Of a stretch of 64,000 bases of DNA, positions 1-13,523 are shown one piece after another. Below the pieces are notes generated by a model. That model saw only the letters and a program-made list of their open reading frames with translations. It was not told the DNA's origin and did not search any database. This DNA comes from Vicugna vicugna (Eukaryota), in assembly GCA_013265495.1 (NCBI GenBank), contig MU058844.1, forward strand, positions 2,769,520-2,833,519, given 5' to 3'. Each line of letters starts with the position of its first letter. Within the stretch, counting starts at the first letter, position 1. The translations under genes and the position numbers were made by a program.

Positions 1-1644
1 TAATGAGTAAGTAACCATTAGTAAGTAAGAAAAAGCCTCCCCATTGACACCAGTGTTCTCAACTTAAGGTTATTTATTTAACCAATGTCTAGTATCTCCA
101 GCAAATTTTCATTCAGCATACCTTTAGGAAATTGTATGTGGCGGGTTCTATGCAAGGTACTGGGAACTCATAGAGTAAAAGATAGAGTCTCTTGTCCTTG
201 AGATGGCCCATCTATTAGAGGCCCCAATTCACAACTTAATAAAATACACTATCATATTGTTCATCTATGTTTAAAAACTTTGGTAAAATAATAAATCATA
301 ATTGCTTAAAGTTCTCCAGGTTATGTTCACATATGTTCTTCTTGCATTCAATGATCCTCTAATGAGTTAAATTTTAGTAAAGTTTAGTTTAAGAACACCA
401 TTACCTATTCATCAACTGATATTTGATAAACTTTTCTGCTTCACATATGTCCTTGGCTCTTAGAAACTATCTCTGTCATAGAAATAACAAATTTAAATAC
501 TTTAAAATACCATTCCCATTACCATGTATTCCTCACCCATAGGCAAAGACAAAAAGGAATAGAGGTATTAGCATAATATATAGGAAGCAGAGAGTAATGA
601 GAAAAGAATATGTAAGAATGTTACAAAGTAATAACCATGCAATTCATCTCCTAGACTATATACCTATGCTGGGAATCCAATAGAGACATTCACAATATTC
701 AGAAACAGCACATTTATGAATGAAATTTGCATATTACAAATGAAAAAAATATATTCCAGAGTCTATACTTCAGATCAGATTGTAATTTTTCTGTCTAGAT
801 ATGTCATTAAAGATTACAAATTTGGTTTTTAACCATACTTGCCCTTTATTCATATGTCTTGAGCTTATTATGCTAGCCACAACATTGCAAAGACTTCTGA
901 ATCCTATACAAGTGTTTTGAATATGTTAGGGTAGATTTGTTTTCTACAGTTTAATTTTCCTCAATTCTGTTTTTTTCCCCTATATATTTTGTTAAATTAA
1001 GTTTTAATTTTTATCTTAAAAAATCATTATATACATGTTAAAAAAAAACAAAGATGGGAGACCAAGTAAGTTCCTCATATTTTTTTATGTCTTGGGATAA
1101 GTAAGGGAAGAAGTACATCCTTATGAGTTCATGGTGGTAACAGTTATCATTCATCGAGCACTTACTCCACAATGCTCCTTTCCATGTATGAAGTTTCCTT
1201 CCTGAGAAGGTAGCAGAACAAATGTTAACTTGGCTCTCTCTCTGAGTCTTTCTCACTCTATTCCTTGGAAGGTGGAGTCACTCTTGAGACTGTAAATTTG
1301 GGAGTAATAACTGACATAGCCAACTCCACCCTCTTTCTCTAGGACCTGTGCTTCAGGCAGAGAGCACATGATCACCCTGCTGAGAGCACGTGGCTGCAGC
1401 GAGTGCTGTTAAGGCTGGATGTATAAATCTGCCTCTTTCTGGAGTCTGGTTAGAGAGTTTATTTAGCTTTCACATATGCCTTCCAGCCTGGCCTCTTTAA
1501 TAAACATAGGTGCTATTTTGACCTCTATCTTTAACTCTTTTTCATTTACTTGATTTTCTCAGCCAGGACATCAAATGTGAGGTGACTTGAGTCTACTTCT
1601 AAACAATACCCCTCTTCCCTGGCTGGGTTCAAAGCAAGTTGAGA

Positions 1645-1856
1645 ACCCCACGCCAGACACTGAGCCAAGTGTGTTATACACATGATCCCTATTTATTCCT
1701 CACGACAGCACTATAAAGGAATGATTGTTCCCATTTTGGAGAGGAGGAAACTAAAGTTTAGACAAGTTAACACAATTTCTTAAGGCTGCAGTGACAGAGT
1801 TGGGCTTTAAACCCAGATCCAACTCTGAGGCTATAAATCTCAACCACTATGCTATA
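1645..1856 (-). mobile_element. MIR SINE, degenerate
   Basis: Antisense MIR core pattern: 'cctcacgacagc...cccattttggagaggaggaaactaaag...aaacccagatcc...ctcaaccactatgct'. Confidence 0.75.
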
Positions 1857-2359
1857 TGACTATACTGAAATTCTGACTAGAATAAATTAATATAATAAAT
1901 AAGTATATTTATTATACATTATAATACATCACATATTATTATATATATATAAAATATAATATTATAATAGAATAACTAATAAAATTAGCTGAAGCTATAG
2001 GCAGAACCAAGGAATGAATGAATGCATGCCTGTCCATCCTGAGTCAGGTATCACAAAAGAATAATTGACATTATTAAAAAGGGTGCCATCACAAGGAAGC
2101 AGGACTTTCAAGAAGGACTGAAAACCACTTTGATTATAATAATTAACAATTTGTCCTGCCTTTGGGTCACAAGTCAGAATTTTGGCTGCTTTCCCCAGAT
2201 TTAAAAACCAGCAAGTTCAAAATTATTTATAGCCTAATGACCACAGAATAGCTTTGTGTTACTATTTTATACTTAAAGCATTGTCCATTCACTTCACCAA
2301 TGCTGTATTTCAAAGATTTCTGTTACTATTATTGAGCACTTAGCATATGCCAGAATTGT

Positions 2360-2590
2360 GTATGAAAGAGCAAGACAAAGCAAGCAGGCTTAGAATTGGA
2401 TAATTCTATTAACTGCAGAGGGCTGTGGGAATTGGGGCTGTCCTTGGTTGTCTGGTACCTGGGGCAATTTGGGTGCACGTACTGTGGCTCAATAAAGGGA
2501 GATGGTTGGGAATGTGGGCTTACTCAGTTGCTTGAGGAGGGGGAACTTACTGTCCACTAGCCAGGCCCTCAAAACTGCATTAAGGAAGTA
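2360..2590 (-). mobile_element. Old LTR fragment (ERVL/ERV1 MER-type), family uncertain
   Basis: G-rich patch 'ggctgtccttggttgtctggtacctgggg...gagatggttggg...actagccaggccctcaaaactg' resembles antisense ancient LTRs. Recognised from recall only. Confidence 0.35.
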
Positions 2591-3946
2591 TTTTTAAAAA
2601 GCTATATTAACGCATGATTTGGGGTGAGTAAGCTCTTAGGGATGATAATTTCTTAGAAAGTCTCACTAAAGCTGAGCTTTGAAGAAATTCTAGTGTACAT
2701 TTTCATTTTATGAGATGGGTTGACAATACAGATCATCTACTATGAGACACAATGATGATGTAGAAATTAGAGTTAATATTAATCCTTTTAATGATAAAGA
2801 AGGACAGATGTAAGACATCACTATTATTGCTAAAATATTTATTATTTTCCCTTGAAAGATTTTTGCAGTTTTTCTACAAAATTAGTTGATGGGATCAGCT
2901 GTAATGCTGGACAATAATGACTGATAGAGGACAACTAAATTGTACTGGGAAGTACTCAGTTTCTCCACTGTTTATTTACCTAGGCAAAGAACATTGCAAC
3001 AATGCCAATTTGAAATCCAAATTAAAATAAAAGGTTCTTTGTTATTACAGGGAGAATGACCAACTAGTAACAAAGCTGTCAGAAGTTAACAGCATCACCA
3101 TCTCTTCCTGCCCCAAATACAGCAAAACCCTAAATCCTTATCCTACTTTTTCTATATCCACTGAAAACACTATTTTCCTCCAACATGTTTAATTCTCTCT
3201 CTGCCTATTATTCTGTCTCTCTCTCTCTCTTTCTAGTCCTCCCCTGCTCATTTTACTTCTATTCTCACATAATTACTGTTTCATTCTCTATAAAACCTGT
3301 CAAATTAAAACCCTTATATTGGTTTTATCCATCAATCTGTCTAGATACGCTATCTTATAAGCTTCCTACCAATTCCCTGCCTTATTTTGTCTTCCCTAAA
3401 AACCATGTCATATGTGACCATGATAAATGTGTTGACTAACAGACTGCCACCTGCATTAACTTTCTAAAGCACAAATCTAATCATAATACTCCCCAGCTTT
3501 GAAGTCTTGGACGGCTTTCAGTCTTCTGTTTGAGGGGTTTCTAAAGAGAGTGCTAGTAGCTGGCATTCAGAAAGAAATTATTGGAATGCCTTTTTGTCTA
3601 AAAACATTTAGAAGTATTAAATATTACTAATATAAAATTCCATTATTCACAATATCCCAATAGGATCCTGAGAGACCACATGATAAGAGTTTAGAAGACA
3701 CCTTCATACCTTCATTTACTTCAGTACTTTGCAGAGTATATGGGTATATGTAGCATGCAGTCATTTATTTTTCAAGGACCAATAGCAGGCTCTTTAAAAC
3801 ACTTTGTAATGAGATTAAAGGGGCTATGCAAATTATACATACAATACAAAGGTTTGTTGGCTATTTCAAGCTGGAGCTTTTGAAAGAGGAAAAGAAGTAT
3901 AGAATTTAAGGAAGATACATTCAGTTTTCTTTTATAAAGAAGACTA

Positions 3947-4369
3947 GAGAAAGACAAATTTCATATGATACCACTTACATGCAGAATCTAAAAAATACGA
4001 TACAAATAAATTTATTTACAAACCAGAAACAGACTCATAGATATAGAAAATAAATTTATGGTTACCAAAGGGAAACAGGGGGGAGGGATAAATTAGGGGT
4101 TTGAGATTAACATATACACACTACTACATAAAACAGATAAAAAAGGACCTACTGTATAGCTCAGGGAACTATATTTAATATCTTATAATAACCTGTATTG
4201 GAAATGAATCTGAAAGAATATACATATATATGTATATATATGTGTGTGTGTGCGTGTATATATATATATTATATATATATATATATAACTGAATCACTTT
4301 GCTGTACACCTGAAACTAACACAATATTGTAAATCAACTATACTTCAATAAAATAAAATAAAATAAAAA
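3947..4369 (+). mobile_element. 5'-truncated L1 3' end (artiodactyl type) with internal (TA)/(TG) microsatellite
   Basis: 'gagaaagacaaatttcatatgataccacttacatgcagaatctaaaaaa...cagaaacagactcatag...tgctgtacacctgaaactaacacaatattgtaaatcaactatacttcaataaaataaaataaa'. A-rich tail at the 3' end. Confidence 0.9.
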
Positions 4370-4399
4370 GAGAATAGTTTTCCAAATATAGTAGTTCTT

Positions 4400-5035
4400 T
4401 CTGTGACAGTGGCTGGTTTTCAGAAGCATGTTGCCCAGCAGATGTTACAGGACTACATATACTTAATCTATCCCCTCAAGGTAAAGATTATGAATTAACA
4501 ATGAGTGAGAAAGTAACTGCTGTTCAAAATAACTCATGCTATGCTGAGGGCATTTTGAAAATGGATATTTGGAAATATACTTGTCCATATGTGATTTTTA
4601 TTGCTAAAAAAACCTGTCCTATTTGCAAAATTTAAAAACTAGAAAAAGGATATTCTAATCTCTCAAAATACATGAAAAATTCAAATTGTATTAGGCTTAA
4701 AAATACTTGTTAATAGTATAAGAATAAAATACCTTCTGATAAACTGAGAGAAATAAACGGTTAGTATCAAGAAAGCTGGAAATTTACTACCCAATTCAAC
4801 AAAAATCTCTATAAATTTGATAAATAGGATTTAAATCTGAATAAGCCTAGAAAATGGTACTTTTTTCCATTCGTATCTACATTATTTTGAGGTGTTATTT
4901 TCAGCTTCAGCAGTGGTTAAAGCCAAACAAAAGCAAATTTAACAGAAAATTAGACTTTTGGGTTGTATTACATACAGTCAAGTCAAGATTTTATAAGCAA
5001 TGAAGAATATTTACTCATATTGTTCTCACATTAAA
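4400..5035 (+). mobile_element. hAT-Charlie/Buster-type DNA transposon, transposase C-terminal remnant
   Basis: Fragmentary translations: LNLSPQGK (4462), FFPFVST then EVLFSASAVVKAK after a frameshift (~4860-4930), and terminal CSH (~5021-5029). These match the hAT dimerisation motif LLPFxSTYLCExxFS..IKTK and the Buster-like C-terminus. Confidence 0.65.
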
Positions 5036-5269
5036 TAATATAGTTTATTATATTAATATTATTATTAATGATGTAATAAAATGTGAATATTTTGGGGAGA
5101 GAAAAATGGATCATATACAACTAATAAATACAATGAAATAATACATAAAGTTATTTAAAATATTTAATTAATCTTCATGTAGTAATATATAGTGCATATA
5201 TAGTTTGCTGATGAGGTTCAGAATTTAACAAGTTTGAGTCTCATTTGGGTTTCTCATTTAGAGCCCAAG

Positions 5270-5447
5270 TAAATCTTTGCTGTAGAGAGGGGTTTATCCT
5301 GTGTCTAGAAGGATGTTTAACACTATCCCTGGACTCTGTCTACTAGGTACTAGTAGCTCCCAACTATATAGTTACAATATAGAATGTTTTCATATATTGT
5401 CAAATATCTTCTGGAAGGCAAATTCATCCCCCACTGAAAACCATCAG
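5270..5447 (-). mobile_element. MER20-like non-autonomous hAT element
   Basis: 'tatcctgtgtctagaaggatgtttaacactatccctggactctgtctactagg...attgtcaaatatcttctgg...cccccactgaaaacca' is the reverse complement of the MER20 pattern. Confidence 0.7.
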
Positions 5448-5954
5448 TCTACATCACAAACCCAACATTAGAGTCTTACACTATCTGAATACAGCCTATA
5501 TTTCTGATCTTATCCTCTAAAATTTGTATTTCTAACATTATCTCCTGTAACTTTGCTCACTTGTCATTTCTACTCCTCCCCACCCCTCTGCACACAACCC
5601 TTATCAAACAGTTACATCAATCCTGACCTCCATTATTTATTTACCTCTGTTTTTGCTCATGGCTGGAATGATTTTCCACAATTTCTTTATAATGTCTTAC
5701 TCATTCTTCAGAATCTGTCTCAAATTATGCCTCCTTTCTAAGCTTTCTAAGGCTTCCTTCAAATTCTCATGTTAGGACAAACCAGCTCTTTAAGTACAAA
5801 ATATACTTCTATTTTAGTTTTTATTGCAAGCTCTCGTGTTTCTCCCCATTTGGTATTTTTCTCTCTTCTTAAACTCACACCAGATCTCTTATAAAAATTG
5901 TGTACAGATTAAAATTATTGCTAATGCTACTGTTAGTGTGATTATTCATTAATG

Positions 5955-6300
5955 AGGTACAATGGACTACAATGCCGGCTTTGAGAAGAAAATGGAAGAA
6001 CTGTATGTATTTACATGAGAAGATGTTCAAAATATATTGCTAATTGAAAAGTGTAACTTATGGAACACTGCATATATTATCATACTTTTGAGGAAAAAAT
6101 ACATAAACATTATGTTTATATATGCATGAAAAAATTTATAAGAGGATATAGAAGTAACTATAACAGTGGTTACTTCAGGGAAGCAAGAAATGGGTGAAGA
6201 AATGGAGGATTTTTCTTTCTAGTGCTGTACCTTTATGTGCAGTTTGGATTTTTTATCACAAATAGGAAATACTTCTACAATTTGAAAAATAATTAAAAAG
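5955..6300 (+). mobile_element. Ancient L1M (L1ME-like) 3' end
   Basis: 'tacaatggactacaatg...acatgagaagatgttcaaaatatattgctaattgaaaag...taacagtggttacttcaggg'. Confidence 0.6.
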
Positions 6301-6818
6301 TTACAAAATGTATTTTTATGGTTTCCCTGCATTATCTTGTTAGAAATCTGTTTTCCTAAAGCTTGTAAATTCCTGAAAGGAAGACATTGAGCCCTAGCCT
6401 ATGCAGGAAATGGTAGCCATTTTTATGACTATGATCTTTTCACACTGCCCTTCTCTCAGGCTTGTCATCTTAACTGAGTTTTGTTGATTTGACAGAAGCT
6501 GTTTATAAATCATTACAGTTAGTAGTCAATAATAGTACAGTTCCCTGGATAATATTTCTCCAAAGATACATAGAAAGGTAAACTGAGATTTTCTATCACA
6601 GAGAAGCAACGATATTTCCTGGAAGCAAGGGTTAAAGTTTAGTATTTGAATTGAGAAGGTCAGTTTGTTTTCTGGTTTTACTCATATGAAGAGAAAGGTG
6701 GTTTGGCTTTTCTAAGGTCTTCTTTGTTACCTAAACTAGGTACCTACTTTACCAAATCTGTGAGGTTATTAATTTAACCAAAAGGACATTTAGAGTTCTC
6801 TGCTCTAACATTTCTAAC

Positions 6819-6889
6819 CATTATACTGTACACCAGTACACCAGAAATTGACACAACATTGTAAACTGACTATACTTCAATTAAAAAAA
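6819..6889 (+). mobile_element. Very short young L1 3'-terminal fragment
   Basis: 'cattatactgtacaccagtacaccagaaattgacacaacattgtaaactgactatacttcaattaaaaaaa'. Same terminus as the L1 ends at ~4300, 56610 and 59600. Confidence 0.85.
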
Positions 6890-8666
6890 GGTAATAACTT
6901 ATGAATGTCTGCTGCAGGGATGCAGCTAGACCCCAGCTCTTATTTTCCCTTGTCATGGCTAATTAAGCTGGTCAATGGCTCATAGTCTTGGTCACAAACT
7001 TCTCAACTGCCTGCTTCCTGTACTGCGGGTGGGGGAAGATTACTGGGCTGCCTTTAAGAATTAGTAATGGAAATACTGAATCCTATGGTCCAGAAGAGTC
7101 TTATATGAAAACTTCAAGGAGTATGGAAAAAATTAGGAGAACTTTTTCCTAAGACATACATTATGAAAAGCTACTCAAAGTTCCCATTTTGGGAGCAAGA
7201 ACATTTTTGCTGATTTTTACTGCAAACTGCCACAGATAACATGGTAATTATGTATGTTGAAAATAGTCTAATTCTGAGTCACTCAGTAAGGATTAAAGAA
7301 AAAAAATGATGGTGAAAAAAATCTGTTTGAAAATCTTGTATAGAAATTCTTTCAAAATAGTATCCAACTTTTCTTAGGAGAGTCCGTCTTTGTTCAGGGT
7401 CACTTGATTGAAAAGTTGATTTCTCTAAGTATTTGTTTTATTTCTTAGTCATGAATTTTTAACTCATTGAAAGACTGCAAGCCTAATACAAATAAAGTAG
7501 GTTGTGAGATAAATTATTAAAGGAGCATAGCTATTCAGAGGGCATGGTTATACTTTCAATAAAAAGTGAAATTGTGACTGAGAACATATGAACACAGAAA
7601 TAAGTGAAGGAATAAACAGAATATGAACAACAGTGGCAGGGAAATGGCTACTGGGAGCAGTCAGGAATATTGTAAAAACAGGATTCAGGGAACATAGTTT
7701 CATGTTCTAAGACTATGAAACTACAATAGTAAACAGATAGGCAGATTCTCCATCTCTCCATCCCCCACATGCTTACAGCTAGTGAGGATATAGAAATAAA
7801 CAAGCAGGTATTTTCCTAATTCCTTTGATGATAGTCAAAGAGAGCCAAGATTTCTTTCTGAGTACATTATTTTCTACTTTCCTAGAATTCATAGCTGAAC
7901 ATTGAAGTGTTTTTAAGTGTTTTTATTTCCTGATGAGAAGGCGAGAGAGAAACTGATAAGAAAAGCCACTTTCCTTGTTTCCACCTCTACTATGGAAGAA
8001 ATGCCCTGTTTTTCAGTGAAGAAAAGAGGGAGTCAAAAGATAGGAGACCTCTGTACACTAGTTAGGAAATTCCTGGAATACCAGGCTGTTTCCAGTAATA
8101 GTAGGTCATTGCTTTTATCAGCCTATATTGCCGAAATGTAGTAAGCACTGACTACACAAGTACTAAGGGCCAAGCAAGTAATGTTCATAAATCTTGGTAG
8201 GAACATGGACCTTAGCGTTCAAGTCTCAGATTTTTTTTTCTTTTTGCCTTGGTACTGAGTCAAAAAGAAAGATTTTTGGATCAGGGTCTTCTTCCACTCC
8301 ATAAATATCTATTTGTGTAACGAATAGGAATCCTTGGATATTGTAATGTTTATAGCAACTCCTGGAATGCTGGTAACTATGTGGAAAGTAAAATTATTGT
8401 CTTTGAAGGAAAAAAACTGACTCATATTCAAAACAAATACAATCCTAATGTAGATTTTGATTAAAGAAATAAGTTTAAGTTCTTTAAGACCATGTCAAAA
8501 AATCTCATCTTTTTGAAATGGCAAGTTGTTACATAGTCATTAAGAGTTATTAGGGTTTGTTCAATTTAATTTCAACATATAGTACCAAATAATATGAAAA
8601 TCCTCAGATTTATTTTGGATCAATAAATATTAATAGAGGACCTAGAATATGCCAGGTTACCTATCA

Positions 8667-9053
8667 TATATTTATCAAGATTCAAATGGAGAAACAAATC
8701 CAGTAGGGGATATATCCAAAGAGTTATTGCAAGGAAATGGCTTATATAATTGTGTGTGCTAGCGAGGCAAGTCTGAAATCTGAATCACAGGCTGGACTTC
8801 TTTAGTATGTGATGTAGTTGCTGTCCACAAGTGGAATTTCTTCTTCAGAGAAGCCTCAGCTCTACTCTTAAGGCCTTTCAACTGACTGAATCAGGACCAC
8901 TTGTATTACTGAAGGTAATCTGTCTTTCATTCTTAAAGTCAGTTGATTATGAACTTTAATCTACAAAATATCTTCATGGAAATATGACTAGTGTTTGATT
9001 GAAAACTATAAGCTACAACTTAGTCAAATTAACACATAAAACTGTTCATCACA
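8667..9053 (-). mobile_element. MLT2-type ERVL solo LTR
   Basis: 'gagaaacaaatccagtagg...ggaaatggcttat...ggcaagtctgaaatc...ggcctttcaactgactgaatcagg...cttaaagtcagttgatt...gtcaaattaacacataaaac...catcaca'. Confidence 0.8.
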
Positions 9054-9483
9054 CTGTGTTATTTAGTTTAGGAGAAGGCAAGGATGGTAAAATATGCCTC
9101 TTTTTTTCAAGAAGCTCATTAAAAATAGAAGATATCTCCTTAAATAGGCAGGATGCAGTCACTTCCTCTAGGATATTTTAACTGGTGTAATGGGAATATT
9201 TAGGACAGAAAGATGGCTTCCAACTCAAAGGATAAAAAATTTCAAGATTGAGATGACATTCGGGTTATCAGGACTAGACCTCATTGCTACCTTCACTAAT
9301 AACTACGTAACTTTGAAAAACTCATTTAACCTCTTAGAACCTCAAAATGATTCTTAAACAGGATCATATGCATGTACTGTTTAACTGATAACAGTTAAAA
9401 ATGAAATGTGAAAACGGAAGTGAAAACAATAAATAATATTTTATAATATTAACGTCATTGGACATTTTCTCTAAATTTTGATA

Positions 9484-10012
9484 TTATGGTACATTGAATG
9501 ATGGCTTTCAAAGATGTCCATATTCTAATCTCCAGAACCTGTGAATATGTTGTTACTTCAAATGGCAAAAGAGATTTTGCAGATGTGATTAAAATAAGAT
9601 CTTGAGATGGGGAAACTGTCCTGAATTATCCTTATGGCCTCTGTAATCACAAGAGTTCCTATAAGAGGGAGGCAGAAGAGTCAGAGATAGAAAGAAATGA
9701 TGTGGTGACAGAAGCATAGAAAGATAAGGAGATACCTCTCCTTATGTCAGGGGCAGAGGTTCAGAAGGGCGATGTGATTTCTGCCTGAAAGGGCATAATG
9801 AGCCAAGGGTGGCCTCTAGAAGCTGGAAAACACTAGGAAAGAGGTTCTTTTCTACAGCCTCTGGAGGGCACATGACCCTGTTAATGCCTTGATTTCAGTC
9901 CACTGAAACCCATCTTGGACTTTTGGCCTCCAGAACTGTAAGACAATTTTGTGTTGTTCTAAGCCACATAGATTGTAGTAATTTGCTAGAGCAGCAGTAG
10001 GAAACCAATACA
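9484..10012 (+). mobile_element. MLT1 (MaLR) solo LTR, MLT1D-like
   Basis: 'aaagatgtccatattctaatctccagaacctgtgaatatgtt...ttgcagatgtgattaa...cctccagaactgtaagac...gcagcagtaggaaaccaataca'. Confidence 0.85.
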
Positions 10013-10199
10013 GATACACTGTCTTGAAGTATTATTTACTCTGTCAGAGAATGCTGTTTGTCCCCAATGTCCATTCAATTGTTTGTACAGCTTTAGCTTA
10101 AAAAAAATTTAGAATAAAGACTAAATTTCTCTTGCAGCTAGAATGGCAGATAAATAAGTTTTTGCCTGTGTAAGGTAAAGGGAAGAGAAGTTCTAAAAA

Positions 10200-10480
10200 G
10201 TATCTGTGAAAGAAACAGGCCTTTCCTTCATCTCTCCTTTCTCCTTCATGCTGACTGTGATTAAGACATGATGAACAAAGCTAGGCCAGACAACTCTGAC
10301 CATGGGATGGGAAGCTTGTATTGAAGACAGCAAAGCAAACATAGACAGAGAAAGCCAGGGTCCCTAACTGTGGAGCCATCATATTAGCTCTTGACCAAGT
10401 ATCCAGAATTTTGTATGAGAAAGAAATCAACTTTTGCCTTTTGTTTAAATATGCTTATTTTGAGTCTTCACTTACAACAA
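10200..10480 (+). mobile_element. Old MLT1 (J/K-like) LTR fragment
   Basis: 'gaccatggg...gccagggtccctaactgtggagccatc...atgagaaagaaatcaactt...ttgtttaa'. Confidence 0.5.
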
Positions 10481-11176
10481 AATAATTTTGCCTATTTATA
10501 CTTATATTTCTCAGTTAAGTAGACATTTTTTCCACATGCATAATAAAAATGAGTGTTGGGTAAAACTCCTGCCCATTGAAGGCTAAGTAGAGTTTCATTA
10601 AATGGAAGATACTAGAGAATGTAACACTAATAGAAGGAAGACCATAAGTAAAAATAAAGAAATAAAATCTATATACATTATTTTTCAAATGTAGAGTGGT
10701 TGGTATATTCTAAATAAAAGATAAATTTACTGATATTAACCATTCACCATGTGCACAGCCACAATCCTATTATTATTTCTTTAAATAACCACCATCCATC
10801 ATCAATACTAGATTTAACACTGCAAACACATTTAGCCTACTGAGTGTTGTAAGCAGTTGTTTATCTAGCTAAACTTTTATTTTGAAAGGCAAAAGGTTTC
10901 CATGAAGATATGCTGATAAAGAATGTGTGACTATTTTCCCCTGGCATCATGCTGCAGAGATATGCTGTACATTAAGGATTCCTTTACAAGTTAGTAAAAT
11001 CAATAAAAATCGTGGAATCTTCAACTTAGGTATCAGAAATATGCAAAATTAATGACACCCTACTGGAAAGATATAACCAGTGAAGAAATTAAAATGTTAA
11101 CTACTGACCTCTCTAGTCTTTAACAGCTTTACAGGTGTGTTCTACCAAACTTCAAGAAACAGAAAAATTTCTGTCT

Positions 11177-11568
11177 GTCTCAGGTCAGGTTTCTGAGATG
11201 GATATTATCATACAATAAAAGAGTTGTCTCAGGATTAAAAACTGTGGGTAAAAGGAAGAGACAAGATTGGGCATAGGAGAAACTGGGCTGTGATGCAGTC
11301 AGAACAAATACCATGGGGGCATTCTGAAACTGAATAGGGGTCAGTTGTCCATAAATGTCCATCAACCAGTCAACAGTGCAAGCATGGACACATATCACAG
11401 AGCCCAGAAAGAGGGCAAAATGTTGAGAAAGGTGACCCTCTTCAGTCAAGGACAATTACCAGACATTGCTGAAATTGAGGCTATTAGCCAGCATTCCTCA
11501 CAGCAGCACAGGAAATAGGTCCTTCAACTCTGAAAGGAGTTGGATAGCACAACATAGTGTCCTCTATA
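11177..11568 (-). mobile_element. ERVL-class 3' LTR (LTR16-like)
   Basis: On the minus strand the internal region ends '...gcagtacacagagtaggc' and runs into 'tatagaggacactatgttgtg'. The LTR ends '...aacctgacctgagaca' at 11177. Confidence 0.65.
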
Positions 11569-12410
11569 GCCTACTCTGTGTACTGCTTGGGTCTACCCTT
11601 TTGTTTAGGTTTTGGGAGCACCTCCTCTGAGAGTCTGTTGGGCCTCTTTGCTGGCAAACTTACAAGAGGAAGTCCTTACCCTTGCAGCTGATGCTCAGCT
11701 CTCCAGCTACCTATTTGACATTCCCCTCGCTCACAGCTGGCTTCTGCTGGGCTCTGAGGAGTCTGAGCCCTTGATCACGACATCCTTCTCAGGTTGTCAC
11801 AGCTACTATGATCATTTACCATAAAATTCACAAGAAAGTACCAAGAGATGCCCCAGTGAGTTGCCTGGGTTCCACATATATCTCCCTGCGTTCACGTTGT
11901 GTAACAGCAGTTTTCTTTCTCCTGATTACCAGGGTCAATCCCCCCCATCAGGAAGGTTATTCTTTTTTATTATCTGATCTCCCTGACCAAGGAGTTTAAA
12001 GTGCCCAGGCAGGAGGCACAGCTTAAAATCAATGGAAATTTTGCTACTTCTCCTGGTGAAATCCATCCTGCTTCGGGATCCAGTACTTTTAAACACAGGA
12101 AGCCCAGAGCTGTGGGATGGGAAGCACAAATTTCCCCCAAGTGGGCCACTGAAAATGATGGTACTTGAGGCCATTTTTAATCCCATCCCTTGTTTCCCAA
12201 ACTCACACAGCATATGTTGGAAACACAGCACCACACAATCAACACTGATGTGGAGTGTGTTGCACTCCACAGTATAACATCCCATCTTCAATAGGCACTT
12301 TTTCTGATCCAGCAACTCAAGTGTGCTTTCAACAGGTATTATCATTCTATCAGCCACACCATTTCCAGATGGTGCAATATATGGTAGCACCGGTGCCATA
12401 ATTCAAACAT
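11569..12410 (-). mobile_element. ERVL internal remnant (integrase C-terminal and downstream region), pseudogenised
   Basis: Frameshifted minus-strand translation gives YHILHH..E..LIE....LLKAHL...WDVILWSAT...CGAVFP, then GKQG...TIIFSGPLG. This matches the ERVL integrase pattern HVPHHPEAAGLIERWNGLLK...GNQG...PSDPLG. Confidence 0.75.
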
Positions 12411-12529
12411 AACAGGATCAATGAGTAAACACAAGAGGAAAAAAAAGTGCTGCCCTTATACAGCTTATGTTCTAGTGGCAGAAGACAAGGGATTTTTATC
12501 AGAGAGCTATCAACAATCTAAACTTGTAT

Positions 12530-13458
12530 CTTCTTAACAGCATATTCATATATACATTTTGACAGAGCTACAAAGAGAATGGACAAATTTACCATCACAG
12601 CAGAATATATCAACAAATCTTTCTGAGTTATAGGTAGATCTAATAATAACAATAACAATAAAAAGTAAGCATATGAGGCATTTAACAGCATCAAAACAAG
12701 CCTGATATGAAGCCATTATAAAGAACACCACTGTAGAATATACAATCTTTGCTTGCAAATGGAACATTTCTGAATATTGTCAACATACTGGCCAATAAAT
12801 TTATCTCAGTAAATGTCAAAACATAGGAATCAAAGAGACCATTCCCTCTGTCTGTAATGCAATTATGGTAGACATAAATATTCAAAACTGACTAGAAAAA
12901 TCCCATGTGTTTGAAAGTTAGAAACTTCTTTTATAATTCATGGGTCAAATAAAAACTCAATGAAAATTAGAAAATGCATAAAACTGAATGATAATGAAAA
13001 CAATACATATCAAAATTGAAGCCTGTAGCTAGCTAAAGTAGTTCTTAGAGGAAATTATACAGTTGTAAAATGACCATATTAAAAGAGAAGGAAAAAAATC
13101 AAAATTAACTAGCTAAGCTTCAAATTTAAGACGTGAGATAAAGAAATATAAAATATACCCAGAGAGAATTTGAAGGGAGTAAGTAACTATATAATGGCCA
13201 AAGACAGTGAAACAGAATACAAAAATAAAATAGAGATGATAAATAAAACCAAAAAAAATTAAAGCTAATAAAATTAACAAAACTCTAACAACAGTAATCA
13301 AGAAAAAATAAGACTCAAATAAAGAATTTGAATAAAAATGGGAGTAATATTTGAAAATAGATATATAATAGGTAATTTTTGAGAAAAACATAACATACCA
13401 GAACTAAATTAAGAAAACTTAACAACCCATTTATTCTACTCATTAAATAAATCTTCAC

Positions 13459-13523
<65 letters not shown>

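Noticed and set aside
11935..12399. 154-aa ORF as a host gene
   Set aside because: A largely off-frame reading of a decayed ERVL internal region.
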